From Thermoanaerobaculia bacterium (lineage in GTDB: Bacteria > Acidobacteriota > Thermoanaerobaculia > Multivoradales > Multivoraceae): 64,000 nucleotides of DNA. Below the pieces are notes generated by a model. It worked only from the letters and a program-made list of their open reading frames with translations. It did no database searches and was not told the origin of the DNA. Each line of letters begins with the position of its first letter. Position 1 is the first letter of the stretch. The position numbers and the translations under genes were made by a program. The stretch spans positions 448,001-512,000 of the forward strand of contig OY761158.1 of NCBI GenBank assembly GCA_963664405.1, read 5' to 3'. This document shows positions 9,405 through 18,146 of the stretch, one piece after another.

Positions 9405-9637
9405 CGTGCCTCCAGATCTACTCTCTTCAAGATTGAATATCAGCAACTCGGACAAGGCCCGCGAGCATCTGAAGAGCAGTGCCTCGCGCGGGGCGACCCT
9501 AGAGAGCCCCCTTTTCGGCCCAATCAAAAACAATACCCCATACTACCTACAAGACGTTGCTACGGCTAGCCTTTGTTTCAAAGCTACCTCCGCCGCCCGC
9601 TCCGGCGCTCGAGCTCCTCGCCGGCGCTATCTCGTTA

Positions 9638-10231
9638 TCACTCGACTTCGATCAAGTTGCCTCGCGCATCCCTCAGCCTGCGCTGACCGCTGACGCGATC
9701 CCGAGACTCCTGCGCTGACAGGTAGAACCCCGCCGTCGTGATCCTGACCGTTAGCTCTTCCTCGCCCAAGTTCTCCCAGTACCACCCATGGATCCCGGAA
9801 AAGGGCGCGGTATAAGTGCCGTGTCCCTCGCTACTCTCCTGGCTGTCGAAGCTCTCCGCATAGCCCGGAGGCGCGCCATCGGGCTGACTGTGAAAGTTGT
9901 AGCTGACCGGGCTGGTGGCCTGCCACGAAAACAGCATGCTTCCGCCCTCGTCGAAGCGATAGATGTACTCAGCCCACTCCTCCGGCAGTAACTCGATCTC
10001 GATCGAATCGAGCTTGTACTCCTCGACCTCGCGAGCGATCGGGTTCTCCTGCGCCAACGCGAGCAGACCCAAGAGCTTGCCGGTCCCGAGCGGGTCGAAA
10101 CCGCGCTCCGCCGGCAGCACGACCGCGAAGAGACCTACCACCGCAACCAAGAGCGCGCCGAGGGTCGCTATCACGATCTTGGTGCGCGACGCGGTCTGCT
10201 TGGTTGCGTCGATGGTCTCTTCATCTGTCAT
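9638..10231 (-). CDS. Transmembrane-anchored protein partnered with the HupE/UreJ gene
   Basis: N-terminal TM, LPAERGFDPLGTG, FH, APFSGIHGWYW.N; ATGA overlap with the upstream gene. Confidence 0.7.
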   Translation of the reverse strand: MTDEETIDATKQTASRTKIVIATLGALLVAVVGLFAVVLPAERGFDPLGTGKLLGLLALAQENPIAREVEEYKLDSIEIELLPEEWAEYIYRFDEGGSMLFSWQATSPVSYNFHSQPDGAPPGYAESFDSQESSEGHGTYTAPFSGIHGWYWENLGEEELTVRITTAGFYLSAQESRDRVSGQRRLRDARGNLIEVE

Positions 10232-10920
10232 GCATACACCACATAGCCGAAGATCTGATAGCAGGCCAGGATAAAGCCTCCGGCCATCAACGCCGTATTG
10301 GTCGCAAAGGAGTACCTCAGAAAGCTGGGCCGCGTGCGCCAGTAGTTCAGTACTGCGAGCACGGCCGTCAGCGCCAAGATCTGGCCAAGCTCGACGCCAA
10401 CATTGAAGCTCAAGATATTCGCGACCAACCCGTTCCTAGACAGCGTGAACTCTTGCAGCTTGGTGGCCAGGCCAAAGCCATGGAAGAAACCGAAGATCAG
10501 CACCGCCACTCTGGCATTGGGACGAATGCTGAAGACGCGCTCGAAACCTCCAACATTCTCGAAGCCCTTGTAGGCGACCGAGAGCCCGATGATCGCATCG
10601 ACGATGTGGGCGTCGGCTCGAACCCCGCCGAGCACTCCGACGAGGAGTGTCACGCTGTGTCCGAGCGCGAAGAGGCTGACGTATTGGACGACATCCTTCA
10701 GCCGGTAGAGAAAAAAGATCACGCCGACCAGGAAGAGTAGATGGTCGTAACCCGTCACCATGTGCTTGGCGCCGAGATACAAGAACGGGCCGAGCGCGAG
10801 TCCATCGACGCCCTCCACGAAACCGGCGTTGCTCCCCTCCATCGGATGCGCCTCGACAGCGGGTCCGGGGAGGAGCATCACGAGGCAGGCGAAGGTGATG
10901 AAGATGATCAATCGTCGCAT
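10228..10920 (-). CDS. HupE/UreJ-family putative metal (Ni/Co) transporter
   Basis: LGAKHMVTGYDHLLF, F..GHS.TL, FGFFHGFG, FNVGVELGQ. Confidence 0.88.
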   Translation of the reverse strand: MRRLIIFITFACLVMLLPGPAVEAHPMEGSNAGFVEGVDGLALGPFLYLGAKHMVTGYDHLLFLVGVIFFLYRLKDVVQYVSLFALGHSVTLLVGVLGGVRADAHIVDAIIGLSVAYKGFENVGGFERVFSIRPNARVAVLIFGFFHGFGLATKLQEFTLSRNGLVANILSFNVGVELGQILALTAVLAVLNYWRTRPSFLRYSFATNTALMAGGFILACYQIFGYVVYA

Positions 10921-11048
10921 CACATAGCCTCGGGCGGCAATCATCTTACTCGACACAATGCGGCCGTCGTCCCTTGACCTTTGCTATGGTTCTCGTCGAC
11001 CTCGCTAAAACACGGAATCTCGCTTCAGGACCCAGCAGGAGGGGTGAA

Positions 11049-13178
11049 ATGCGCTCGATTGTTTTCACTGCAGTGGTGATCGGACTGGTAGTGGGTGGCT
11101 GCGGCACCGCTAACGAAGAGAGCTCTGGAGACGAAGAGCTCGGCGCTCAGGTCTCGATCGTCGGCGCGGAACGCCTGGTGGCGGCGGATCAAGAGCCGCA
11201 CAACTGGCTCACACACGGGCGCACCTACGACGAGCAGCGCTTCTCACCCCTGGACCAAATCAACGAAGGCAACGTCGGACAGCTCGGCCTGGCGTGGAGC
11301 TACGATACCGGCCAGCATCGCGGGCACGAAGCAACCCCGATTGTGGTCGACGGAGTGATCTACCTCACTGCCGCCTGGAGCATCGTCCACGCCATCGACG
11401 CCCGCAGCGGTGAGGCGATCTGGACCTACGATCCCAAAGTGCCGGGAGGCTACGCTCGCTGGGCTTGCTGCGATGTGGTCAACCGTGGAGTCGCAGTCTG
11501 GGAAGACAAGGTCTACGTCGGCGCTCTGGACGGACGCCTCATCGCCCTGAATGCCGCCAGCGGCGAGGAGATCTGGTCAGTACAGACCACCGATCCACAG
11601 CGGCACTACACCATCACCGGAGCGCCGCGAGTGGCCAAGGGCAAGGTGGTCATCGGCAATGGCGGAGCCGAATACGGCGTCAGAGGCTACATCACCGCCT
11701 ACGACGCCGACAGCGGTGAGGAGGCGTGGCGATTCTGGACCGTCCCTGGAGACCCGTCGCTACCCTTCGAGCACGAGGAGCTCGAGGCGGCGGCGGCGAC
11801 CTGGACCGGAGAGTGGTGGAAGGTCGGCGGCGGCGGCACCGCTTGGGATTCGATGGCCTACGACCCGGAGCTCGAGCTCATGTACGTCGGAACCGGCAAC
11901 GGCTCGCCGTGGACCCGCGTTCACCGCAGCCCCGACGGCGGCGACAATCTCTACCTGTCGTCGATCCTGGCGCTCGACATCGACAGCGGCAAGCTGGCCT
12001 GGCACTACCAGACCACGCCTGGCGACAACTGGGACTTCACCGCCGTACAGCCGATCACGCTGGCGGAGCTCGAGATCGACGGCACTCGTCGTAAAGTTCT
12101 CATGCAGGCGCCGAAGAACGGCTTCTTCTACATCCTCGATCGCGCCACCGGCGAGCTGCTCTCAGCCGAAAAATATGTTGAAACGACCTGGGCCTCGCAC
12201 GTCGACATGGAGACCGGCCGTCCCGTCGAGACTGCCGGTGGCGACTACCTAGACAAGCCCAAGGTGGTCTTACCCGGCCCCTTCGGAGGACACAATTGGC
12301 ATCCCCAGTCCTACAGCCCCGAGACCGGCCTGATGTATCTCCCGGCCCGCGAAGCCTCGTTCATCTACCCACTGAACAGAGAGTTCGAGTACAACGAGCC
12401 CGGCTGGAACCTCGGCCTCGACATGAGGGGGCTCCCCCGCCACCTGGTCGAAATGGAGCAGCCCGTCCCGACGGGTCATCTTCGCGCCTGGGACCCCGTC
12501 GCCAGCAAGGTGGTGTGGGATGTCGAAGTACCCGGCTCGGTCAACGGCGGAGCCCTCTCGACAGCCGGCAACCTCGTCTTCCACGGTACCTCGGAAGGAG
12601 AGTTCGCTGCCTTTGCCGCCGACTCGGGCAAGGAGCTTTGGGAGGTTCGACTCAACATCGGAGTAATCGCAGCGCCAGTCACCTACACAGTCGACGGCGA
12701 GCAGTACGTCGCGATTCTCGCCGGCTGGGGCGGCGGCGCCATCATCGGATTCGACGTCGCCATCACGGCGGCCTATTCCTTCGAGAACGTCGGCAGGCTC
12801 TTCGTCTTCAAGCTCGGCGGCACGACGCCGATCCCCCTGGTCAAGGAGCGCAATCTCGAGATCCCCGAGCAGCCGCCGCTGACAGCCTCGGCGGCGACGA
12901 TCGAGAACGGCCAGGGCCTCTTCCACGAATACTGCGCCTTCTGTCACGGACTTCTCGCCCACAGCACCGGGGTCATCGCCGATTTGAGGATGATGGATGA
13001 AGGGGCGCACGCCACCTTCGACGCCGTGGTGCTCGATGGACTGATGGAGTCGGAGGGGATGGCGAGCTTTGCCGACGTGCTCGACAAAGATCAAGCGGAC
13101 GCCGTCCATGCCTACATCGTCTCGCGCGCGCGGGAGGACCGCGAGCTCCAGGCCACCACCGATGCAGGTGGCCTGTGA
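11049..13178 (+). CDS. Type II quinohemoprotein PQQ-dependent alcohol dehydrogenase with C-terminal cytochrome c
   Basis: Vicinal CC in WACCDVVNRG, Trp-docking propeller repeats, GAEYGVRGY, DNWDFTA, C-terminal CAFCH; lipoprotein-type signal. Confidence 0.93.
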   Translation: MRSIVFTAVVIGLVVGGCGTANEESSGDEELGAQVSIVGAERLVAADQEPHNWLTHGRTYDEQRFSPLDQINEGNVGQLGLAWSYDTGQHRGHEATPIVVDGVIYLTAAWSIVHAIDARSGEAIWTYDPKVPGGYARWACCDVVNRGVAVWEDKVYVGALDGRLIALNAASGEEIWSVQTTDPQRHYTITGAPRVAKGKVVIGNGGAEYGVRGYITAYDADSGEEAWRFWTVPGDPSLPFEHEELEAAAATWTGEWWKVGGGGTAWDSMAYDPELELMYVGTGNGSPWTRVHRSPDGGDNLYLSSILALDIDSGKLAWHYQTTPGDNWDFTAVQPITLAELEIDGTRRKVLMQAPKNGFFYILDRATGELLSAEKYVETTWASHVDMETGRPVETAGGDYLDKPKVVLPGPFGGHNWHPQSYSPETGLMYLPAREASFIYPLNREFEYNEPGWNLGLDMRGLPRHLVEMEQPVPTGHLRAWDPVASKVVWDVEVPGSVNGGALSTAGNLVFHGTSEGEFAAFAADSGKELWEVRLNIGVIAAPVTYTVDGEQYVAILAGWGGGAIIGFDVAITAAYSFENVGRLFVFKLGGTTPIPLVKERNLEIPEQPPLTASAATIENGQGLFHEYCAFCHGLLAHSTGVIADLRMMDEGAHATFDAVVLDGLMESEGMASFADVLDKDQADAVHAYIVSRAREDRELQATTDAGGL

Positions 13179-13225
13179 GGGTTCTTCCCTTCCTTCGACG
13201 AGGCCGCTGAAACGAGACCCGAGTC

Positions 13226-14953
13226 ATGTCCGATCTTCGCTACGAGGTCCACGATCGACCGCCGCATCTGCTCTCGGCCGCTCTAGGCTTTCAGGTCGTC
13301 GTTCTCATCCTCGCCGGCATCGTCCTGGTCCCGGTGATCGTCCTCAAAGCGGCCGGAAGCGCCCCCCCCATCATCACCTGGGCCGTCTTCGCGGCGCTCT
13401 TGGTCAGCGGCCTGATCACGATCGTGCAGGCGAGGCCGATCGGACCTGTCGGCGCCGGCTACGTCCTCTTCATGGGCACCAGCGGCGCCTTCATCGCGGT
13501 TTCGACGGCGGCGGTGAAAGCCGGCGGCCTCGCTCTTCTTGCGACCCTGGTCGCTCTCTCGTCGCTCATCCAGTTCGCCTTCTCGGCACGCCTCGCACTC
13601 TTCCGCAAGGTCATTACGCCAACGGTCGGCGGCACGGTCATCATGTTGATCGCCGTCGACGTGTTTCCTATCTGCTTTGGCATGCTGACGACCGTCCCCG
13701 AGCATGTCGATCCGGCGTCCAACGCCGGTCCGCTCACCGCAGCAGCTACCTTTGCCGTCATTCTCTTCGTTTCTCTCTTAGGCACCGGAAAGGCCAGGCT
13801 CTGGGCACCTCTCATCGGCGTCATCGTCGGTTGCAGCGTCGGCTATGGAGTAGGCCTGTTCAACCTCGAGGCGGTGCGTAGCGCCCCTTGGATCGGCATC
13901 CCGTCCGCAGGGTGGCCGGGCCTCGATCTCTCTTTCGACGCGCGACTCTGGAGCCTGCTTCCCGCCTTTCTCATCGTCACCATCGTCGGCGCAATCGAGA
14001 CCTATGGCGACGGCATCGCCATCCAGAGGGTCTCGAAGGGTCGTCGCGAGCCGGTGGACTTCAAGGCTGTGCAGGGCGCCGTCAACGCTGACGGGGTCGG
14101 CAATCTACTCTCCGGGCTGGCCGGAACTCTTCCAAACACCACCTACTCCACCAGCATCTCGGTCGTCGAGCTCACCGGTGTCGCCGCGCGGCGTGTTGGC
14201 ATTTACGCCGGAGCGCTGATGGTGGCTTTCGCCTTCCTGCCCAAGGTCTCGGCCCTGCTCCAGTCGATTCCCGACGCAGCCGCGGGGGCCTACATCATGA
14301 TCCTCCTGGCCCTTCTCTTCGCCCAGGGTCTACGTCTGGTATCGGACGGCGGTCTCTCCTACGAGAACGGCCTCGTGGTCTGCCTTTCGTTCTGGATTGG
14401 GACCGGGTTCCAGGGCGGGCTGATCTTTCCCACCCAGATGCCCGAGTGGGCGCACACCCTCCTCGACAACGGCATGACCTCTGGCGGAGTCACCGCCATC
14501 CTTCTCACCCTGCTCTTGTCGATCAAGCATCGTTCCCACGACCGCCTCAAGCTCGAAGCGGCCCCTGCGGCAGTACCGGCGTTACACGATTTCCTCAAAT
14601 CGATCGCCAGCCGAGCCGGCTGGGATCAGACCGCGGTCGACCGACTCCAGCTCGCCGGTGAGGAAGCTCTACTCTTTCTCATCACCAAAGAGGAGGAAGC
14701 GGAGCGAGCCGGCGAGGCAGCAATCGGAGTTTCGGCTCGCGAGTCGGAAGGGGTTATCGAGCTCGAGTTCGCCAGTGGCCCGGGCGCCGCCAATATCGAG
14801 ATTCTGGTCCGCGACCTCGATGATGCGGATCGCGCCCCCTCCGATGACGCAGGACTCCGTATCCTCCGCCATCTGGCTAAAGAACTGCGTCACGAGCAGT
14901 TCCACGACCGCAACTATCTGATGGTCAGAGTGGAGAGCAAGCCGCTGGCCTAG
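13226..14953 (+). CDS. NCS2 (xanthine/uracil) permease with C-terminal RsbW/HATPase-like domain
   Basis: GTSGAF, TPTVGGTVIMLI, VGAIETYGD, ADGVGN..GTLPNTTYS, PK motifs; about 140-aa soluble tail with LAGEEAL and GLRILRHL. Confidence 0.85.
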   Translation: MSDLRYEVHDRPPHLLSAALGFQVVVLILAGIVLVPVIVLKAAGSAPPIITWAVFAALLVSGLITIVQARPIGPVGAGYVLFMGTSGAFIAVSTAAVKAGGLALLATLVALSSLIQFAFSARLALFRKVITPTVGGTVIMLIAVDVFPICFGMLTTVPEHVDPASNAGPLTAAATFAVILFVSLLGTGKARLWAPLIGVIVGCSVGYGVGLFNLEAVRSAPWIGIPSAGWPGLDLSFDARLWSLLPAFLIVTIVGAIETYGDGIAIQRVSKGRREPVDFKAVQGAVNADGVGNLLSGLAGTLPNTTYSTSISVVELTGVAARRVGIYAGALMVAFAFLPKVSALLQSIPDAAAGAYIMILLALLFAQGLRLVSDGGLSYENGLVVCLSFWIGTGFQGGLIFPTQMPEWAHTLLDNGMTSGGVTAILLTLLLSIKHRSHDRLKLEAAPAAVPALHDFLKSIASRAGWDQTAVDRLQLAGEEALLFLITKEEEAERAGEAAIGVSARESEGVIELEFASGPGAANIEILVRDLDDADRAPSDDAGLRILRHLAKELRHEQFHDRNYLMVRVESKPLA

Positions 14954-15045
14954 CCCCAGAAAACGCGCCTTCGGCCCGTTTTCCGGCCCATCCCCGCCTG
15001 AGAACTACTCGCCTGTCCGAATTCTCGGACACGTGTTATCGGCGG

Positions 15046-15399
15046 TCATAAAGTGCGGGATTCCGGCTGTGTAGTGGCGCTTTTGGTTTCATCCTCCTCG
15101 AGAAGGGACCGGTGCCGAAGGAGGATGTAGCGGACGTATTGAGGGTCGAGCTCGTCGTTGGTCAGGGCTCGATGTACGGAGCGGTAGTAGGCAAGTGAGT
15201 GAATCTGCGGCAGCGGATCGGTGCTGAGGCGCCGTCGCAAGGTGGCGAGTCGAATGGCATGGGCAAGCTCTTCGAGGGGGACGTTGGCTTGATAGAGCTT
15301 GTCGGCGATGGCCCAGTCTCGGCGCCGAGGTCTAGACGGGGTTTTAGGAGCGTCGAGGTAGAGGCGGATGAGCTCGGCGCGATACTCCTGTCGGATCAC
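15046..15399 (-). CDS. Small accessory protein downstream of istB (DnaD-like motif)
   Basis: GTGA overlap with the istB stop. YRAELIRLY..PKTP..D.AIA..LY...VP..L..AI.L...IHSLAYY is homologous to 4334-4675. Confidence 0.78.
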   Translation of the reverse strand: MIRQEYRAELIRLYLDAPKTPSRPRRRDWAIADKLYQANVPLEELAHAIRLATLRRRLSTDPLPQIHSLAYYRSVHRALTNDELDPQYVRYILLRHRSLLEEDETKSATTQPESRTL

Positions 15400-16169
15400 G
15401 AGGTCTTCGCACTGCGCCGTCGAGGGCGAGTGCCGCTTCGGCGGGCCGAAGCGCGCTTCTTGGCGTGCTCCTTGGACTCCTTGAGCCGATAGGAATCGCC
15501 CTCGATGTTGACGAGCTCGCAGCGATGGACGAGGCGATCGACGATGGTGACGACGGTAGTAGCGTTGGGGAAGACCTCTCCCCATTCTCCAAAGGACTTG
15601 TTTGTGGTGATGAGAAGGGACTTATTTTCGTACCTGCGGGAAACGACCTCGAAAAGTAGATCGGCGTGGCGCGTGTCGTAGGACAGATATCCGAGCTCGT
15701 CAATGCAGAGCAGGGATGGGCGCGCAAAGAGCGCGAGCTTGCGCTGAAGGCTGGTCGAGGAGTCTTGTTCGGCGAGGGTGTTGAGCAGCTCCGAGGCGGT
15801 GAGGAATCGGGCGGTGGCTCCACGTAGTACGGCTTGATGGGCGAGATTCTTGGCAATGAGCGTCTTGCCGATGCCGTTTGGCCCTATCAAGACAGCGTTG
15901 TGCCCTCGGGCGAGCCACTCGAGCCGAAAGAGATCTTCGATCTGCTCGCGGTCGATCTTCTTGGGCCAATTCCAGTCGAAGTCGGCCAGCGGCTTGAAGG
16001 TGCCGAGCCGGGCCCGACCCAGGCGTCGCTCCAGTCCGCGACGGGCTCGCTCCTGCTCTTCCCAGTCGAGCAGGTCGGGGAGCCAGGGTTGGTTGGCGAC
16101 CTCATCCCAGTGGGCTAGGAGGCCATGGAGTTTCAGGGCTGTGGCACGCTCTTGGTCGGTGTTGTTCAT
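15396..16169 (-). CDS. istB: IS21 AAA+ helper ATPase IstB
   Basis: GPNGIGKT, LLCIDELGY, TTNK, DRLVH. Confidence 0.95.
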   Translation of the reverse strand: MNNTDQERATALKLHGLLAHWDEVANQPWLPDLLDWEEQERARRGLERRLGRARLGTFKPLADFDWNWPKKIDREQIEDLFRLEWLARGHNAVLIGPNGIGKTLIAKNLAHQAVLRGATARFLTASELLNTLAEQDSSTSLQRKLALFARPSLLCIDELGYLSYDTRHADLLFEVVSRRYENKSLLITTNKSFGEWGEVFPNATTVVTIVDRLVHRCELVNIEGDSYRLKESKEHAKKRASARRSGTRPRRRSAKTS

Positions 16170-17665
16170 TCGTCGTCCTCCTCGTCGTTGGGGTTGTCGT
16201 AGTCGGCCAGTGCATGGGGAGTGACCGTGAGCTCCCGGATCCTGGGATCGTCGGGGAGCTGGACAGGCAGCGCGGGTAGGAGTCCCCGCTCGTGGCGCCG
16301 ACGATCGAGGATGAGTCGCACCGCTTCGGGATGCGGGGATCCTTTTTCGAGGGCCTCGTCGATCGCCACTGCAAGCTCCCTGGGTCCACTCTCGGCAAGG
16401 AGCTCGAGGAGTCTGGCGACGGCACTCGAGAGTCGTCTCTGCCGTCGGGCCAGCTCCCGCAGGAGCTCTTCGGCCTGGGGCACCGTACGCAGCAGGTAGT
16501 CCTGGCCGCGCTGTGTACGTGCCTCGCGTTTCTGTCGTTCCAGCTCTTCTAGGTGACGGGGGTCTTCGATGATCTGGCCCTTGTCCCAGGACCTTGTGTG
16601 CTCGGCGATGAGCTGCTCGCGATCGAAGATGCGCACACGCTCCGGGTCTGCGGCGATCTGTAGCGAGCGGGCGATGCGATCATGCGGGATCGAGTAGCGA
16701 TTCGCATCGAAGCTCAGGTAAGGAGTGCGCCGCGTGATCCGCTCGACCCATTCGTGGCAGGGGAAAGGCTGCGCCGGAAGGCTCACGAGATGAGAGCGCT
16801 CCTCGAGATAGGCCTGCTCGACGGTGCGACGCCGGTCCTGGGGCCACGGGCGCTTCATCGCTCGGTCGCGACACCACTCCAGAGCGTCCCGGTTCAGCGC
16901 TTCTCTGTCCCAGGTGCGACGCAGCGGAAAGAAGGAAGTTCTGACAAAACGAATGGCTCGTTCGACGCGACCTTTTTCATTTCCTCGTCTGGGAGCAACG
17001 GGCCTTGGATCAAAGCCGTAGAAGTCGGCGAGCTCGAGAAGCCGTGGATGAAAGCGAATGGCGCTGCGGCGCCGCTCGAGCACAGCGCTGCGCAGATTGT
17101 CGTAGAGGTGGATCTTGGCCAGACCCTCAAAGAAGGAGAAGGCGAGGACATGCCCGGTCAGGAAGCTCGGCAGACGAGCGTCGTAGAAGAAGTGCAGAAA
17201 GAGAGCTCGCGAGTAGCTCAGCACCATGACGAAGGCGTAGAGACGGCGCTCTCCGCCATCGACCTTTCGGGTGCCGAAGTGAGCCCAGTCCACCTGGGCC
17301 TGTTCGCCGGCAAGCGTACGGAGCACAAAGAAAGCCTCAGGCGCCTTGCGGGGGCGCAGGCCGAGCTCGGCAATGCAGTGGCGGAAGTGATCCTCCCCAC
17401 CGGGATAGTCACGCTTCTTGACCATCTCGTAGAGCACGCTCGCCGGCAGCTCCGGGTAGCGCTCAAAGACTTCCTGGATGAAGGGGACGAAGCGATCGAC
17501 CATGGACGCTCGTCGCGGCGATCGAGGCCGGCTCAGCCCTTCGCGTCGAAGGACTCGAGTGACCGTCGAGTGATGGATTCCCAGATGGCGGGCGATCGTG
17601 TTGCGCCGCCAGCCCTCCGACTCATAGAGACGGCGGATCTCGGCGGCGAGCTCGGGAGAGATCAT
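16166..17665 (-). CDS. istA: IS21-family DDE transposase IstA
   Basis: HTH (IARHLGIHHSTV), QAQVDWA, LYDNL, KGRVER; ATG at 17665. Confidence 0.95.
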   Translation of the reverse strand: MISPELAAEIRRLYESEGWRRNTIARHLGIHHSTVTRVLRREGLSRPRSPRRASMVDRFVPFIQEVFERYPELPASVLYEMVKKRDYPGGEDHFRHCIAELGLRPRKAPEAFFVLRTLAGEQAQVDWAHFGTRKVDGGERRLYAFVMVLSYSRALFLHFFYDARLPSFLTGHVLAFSFFEGLAKIHLYDNLRSAVLERRRSAIRFHPRLLELADFYGFDPRPVAPRRGNEKGRVERAIRFVRTSFFPLRRTWDREALNRDALEWCRDRAMKRPWPQDRRRTVEQAYLEERSHLVSLPAQPFPCHEWVERITRRTPYLSFDANRYSIPHDRIARSLQIAADPERVRIFDREQLIAEHTRSWDKGQIIEDPRHLEELERQKREARTQRGQDYLLRTVPQAEELLRELARRQRRLSSAVARLLELLAESGPRELAVAIDEALEKGSPHPEAVRLILDRRRHERGLLPALPVQLPDDPRIRELTVTPHALADYDNPNDEEDDE

Positions 17666-18146
17666 CCCGCGCCCGCCTGCGCACCGGGCGTACTCGGCGC
17701 GATCGCAAGAAGTCGTGGCGGACAATCGGCTCGCAAGGATGGCGGCACAGCCTGCAGAGAAGCTCCTCGTTCCGACCTCCAACGGACAAGCCTTGCAAAA
17801 ACAACGGAAGCGGCGCGGTGGGCCATGACGCCACCGTCGCAGGGCAGCCCCCGGTGCGGCAACTGTGATGCGTCACTTTCTTTGAGCCTTGCTGCTTGCG
17901 ATCTCGATAGGCCTGCTGACGACGAGCATGCAAGCGGCGCCCTCGCGGCGTCTGCTGATAGCGACGCCCGGCCCCGCGAAGGCTGTGGCGCCGAGCCTCA
18001 TCCCGGCACTCCGGCGTGCAATAACGATGGCCGCGATCGCACCAAGAGCAAATGTAGACAGCTTGCCGGCAACGATCGCAAACGAAACGGCGACAATCGG
18101 GACGGCGGCGCACGGCCCAGGCCTCCTTCGGCCTGGACTTCGCCAC
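17622..18146 (-). CDS. Cys-rich, basic putative Zn-finger accessory protein of IS21 element 2
   Basis: CDRC-x6-CSWC-DRGHRY-CTPEC, RGAGRRYQQTPRGR, KVTHH, CRLC-x3-C; homologue of 1669-2064. Start uncertain. Confidence 0.78.
   Translation of the reverse strand: MAKSRPKEAWAVRRRPDCRRFVCDRCRQAVYICSWCDRGHRYCTPECRDEARRHSLRGAGRRYQQTPRGRRLHARRQQAYRDRKQQGSKKVTHHSCRTGGCPATVASWPTAPLPLFLQGLSVGGRNEELLCRLCRHPCEPIVRHDFLRSRRVRPVRRRARDDLSRARRRDPPSL

Noticed and set aside
11049-13178. Lanthanide-dependent ADH
   Set aside because: The active-site motif is WDFTA, without the extra Asp (D-x-D) diagnostic of XoxF/ExaF/PedH; a Ca-type enzyme is more likely.
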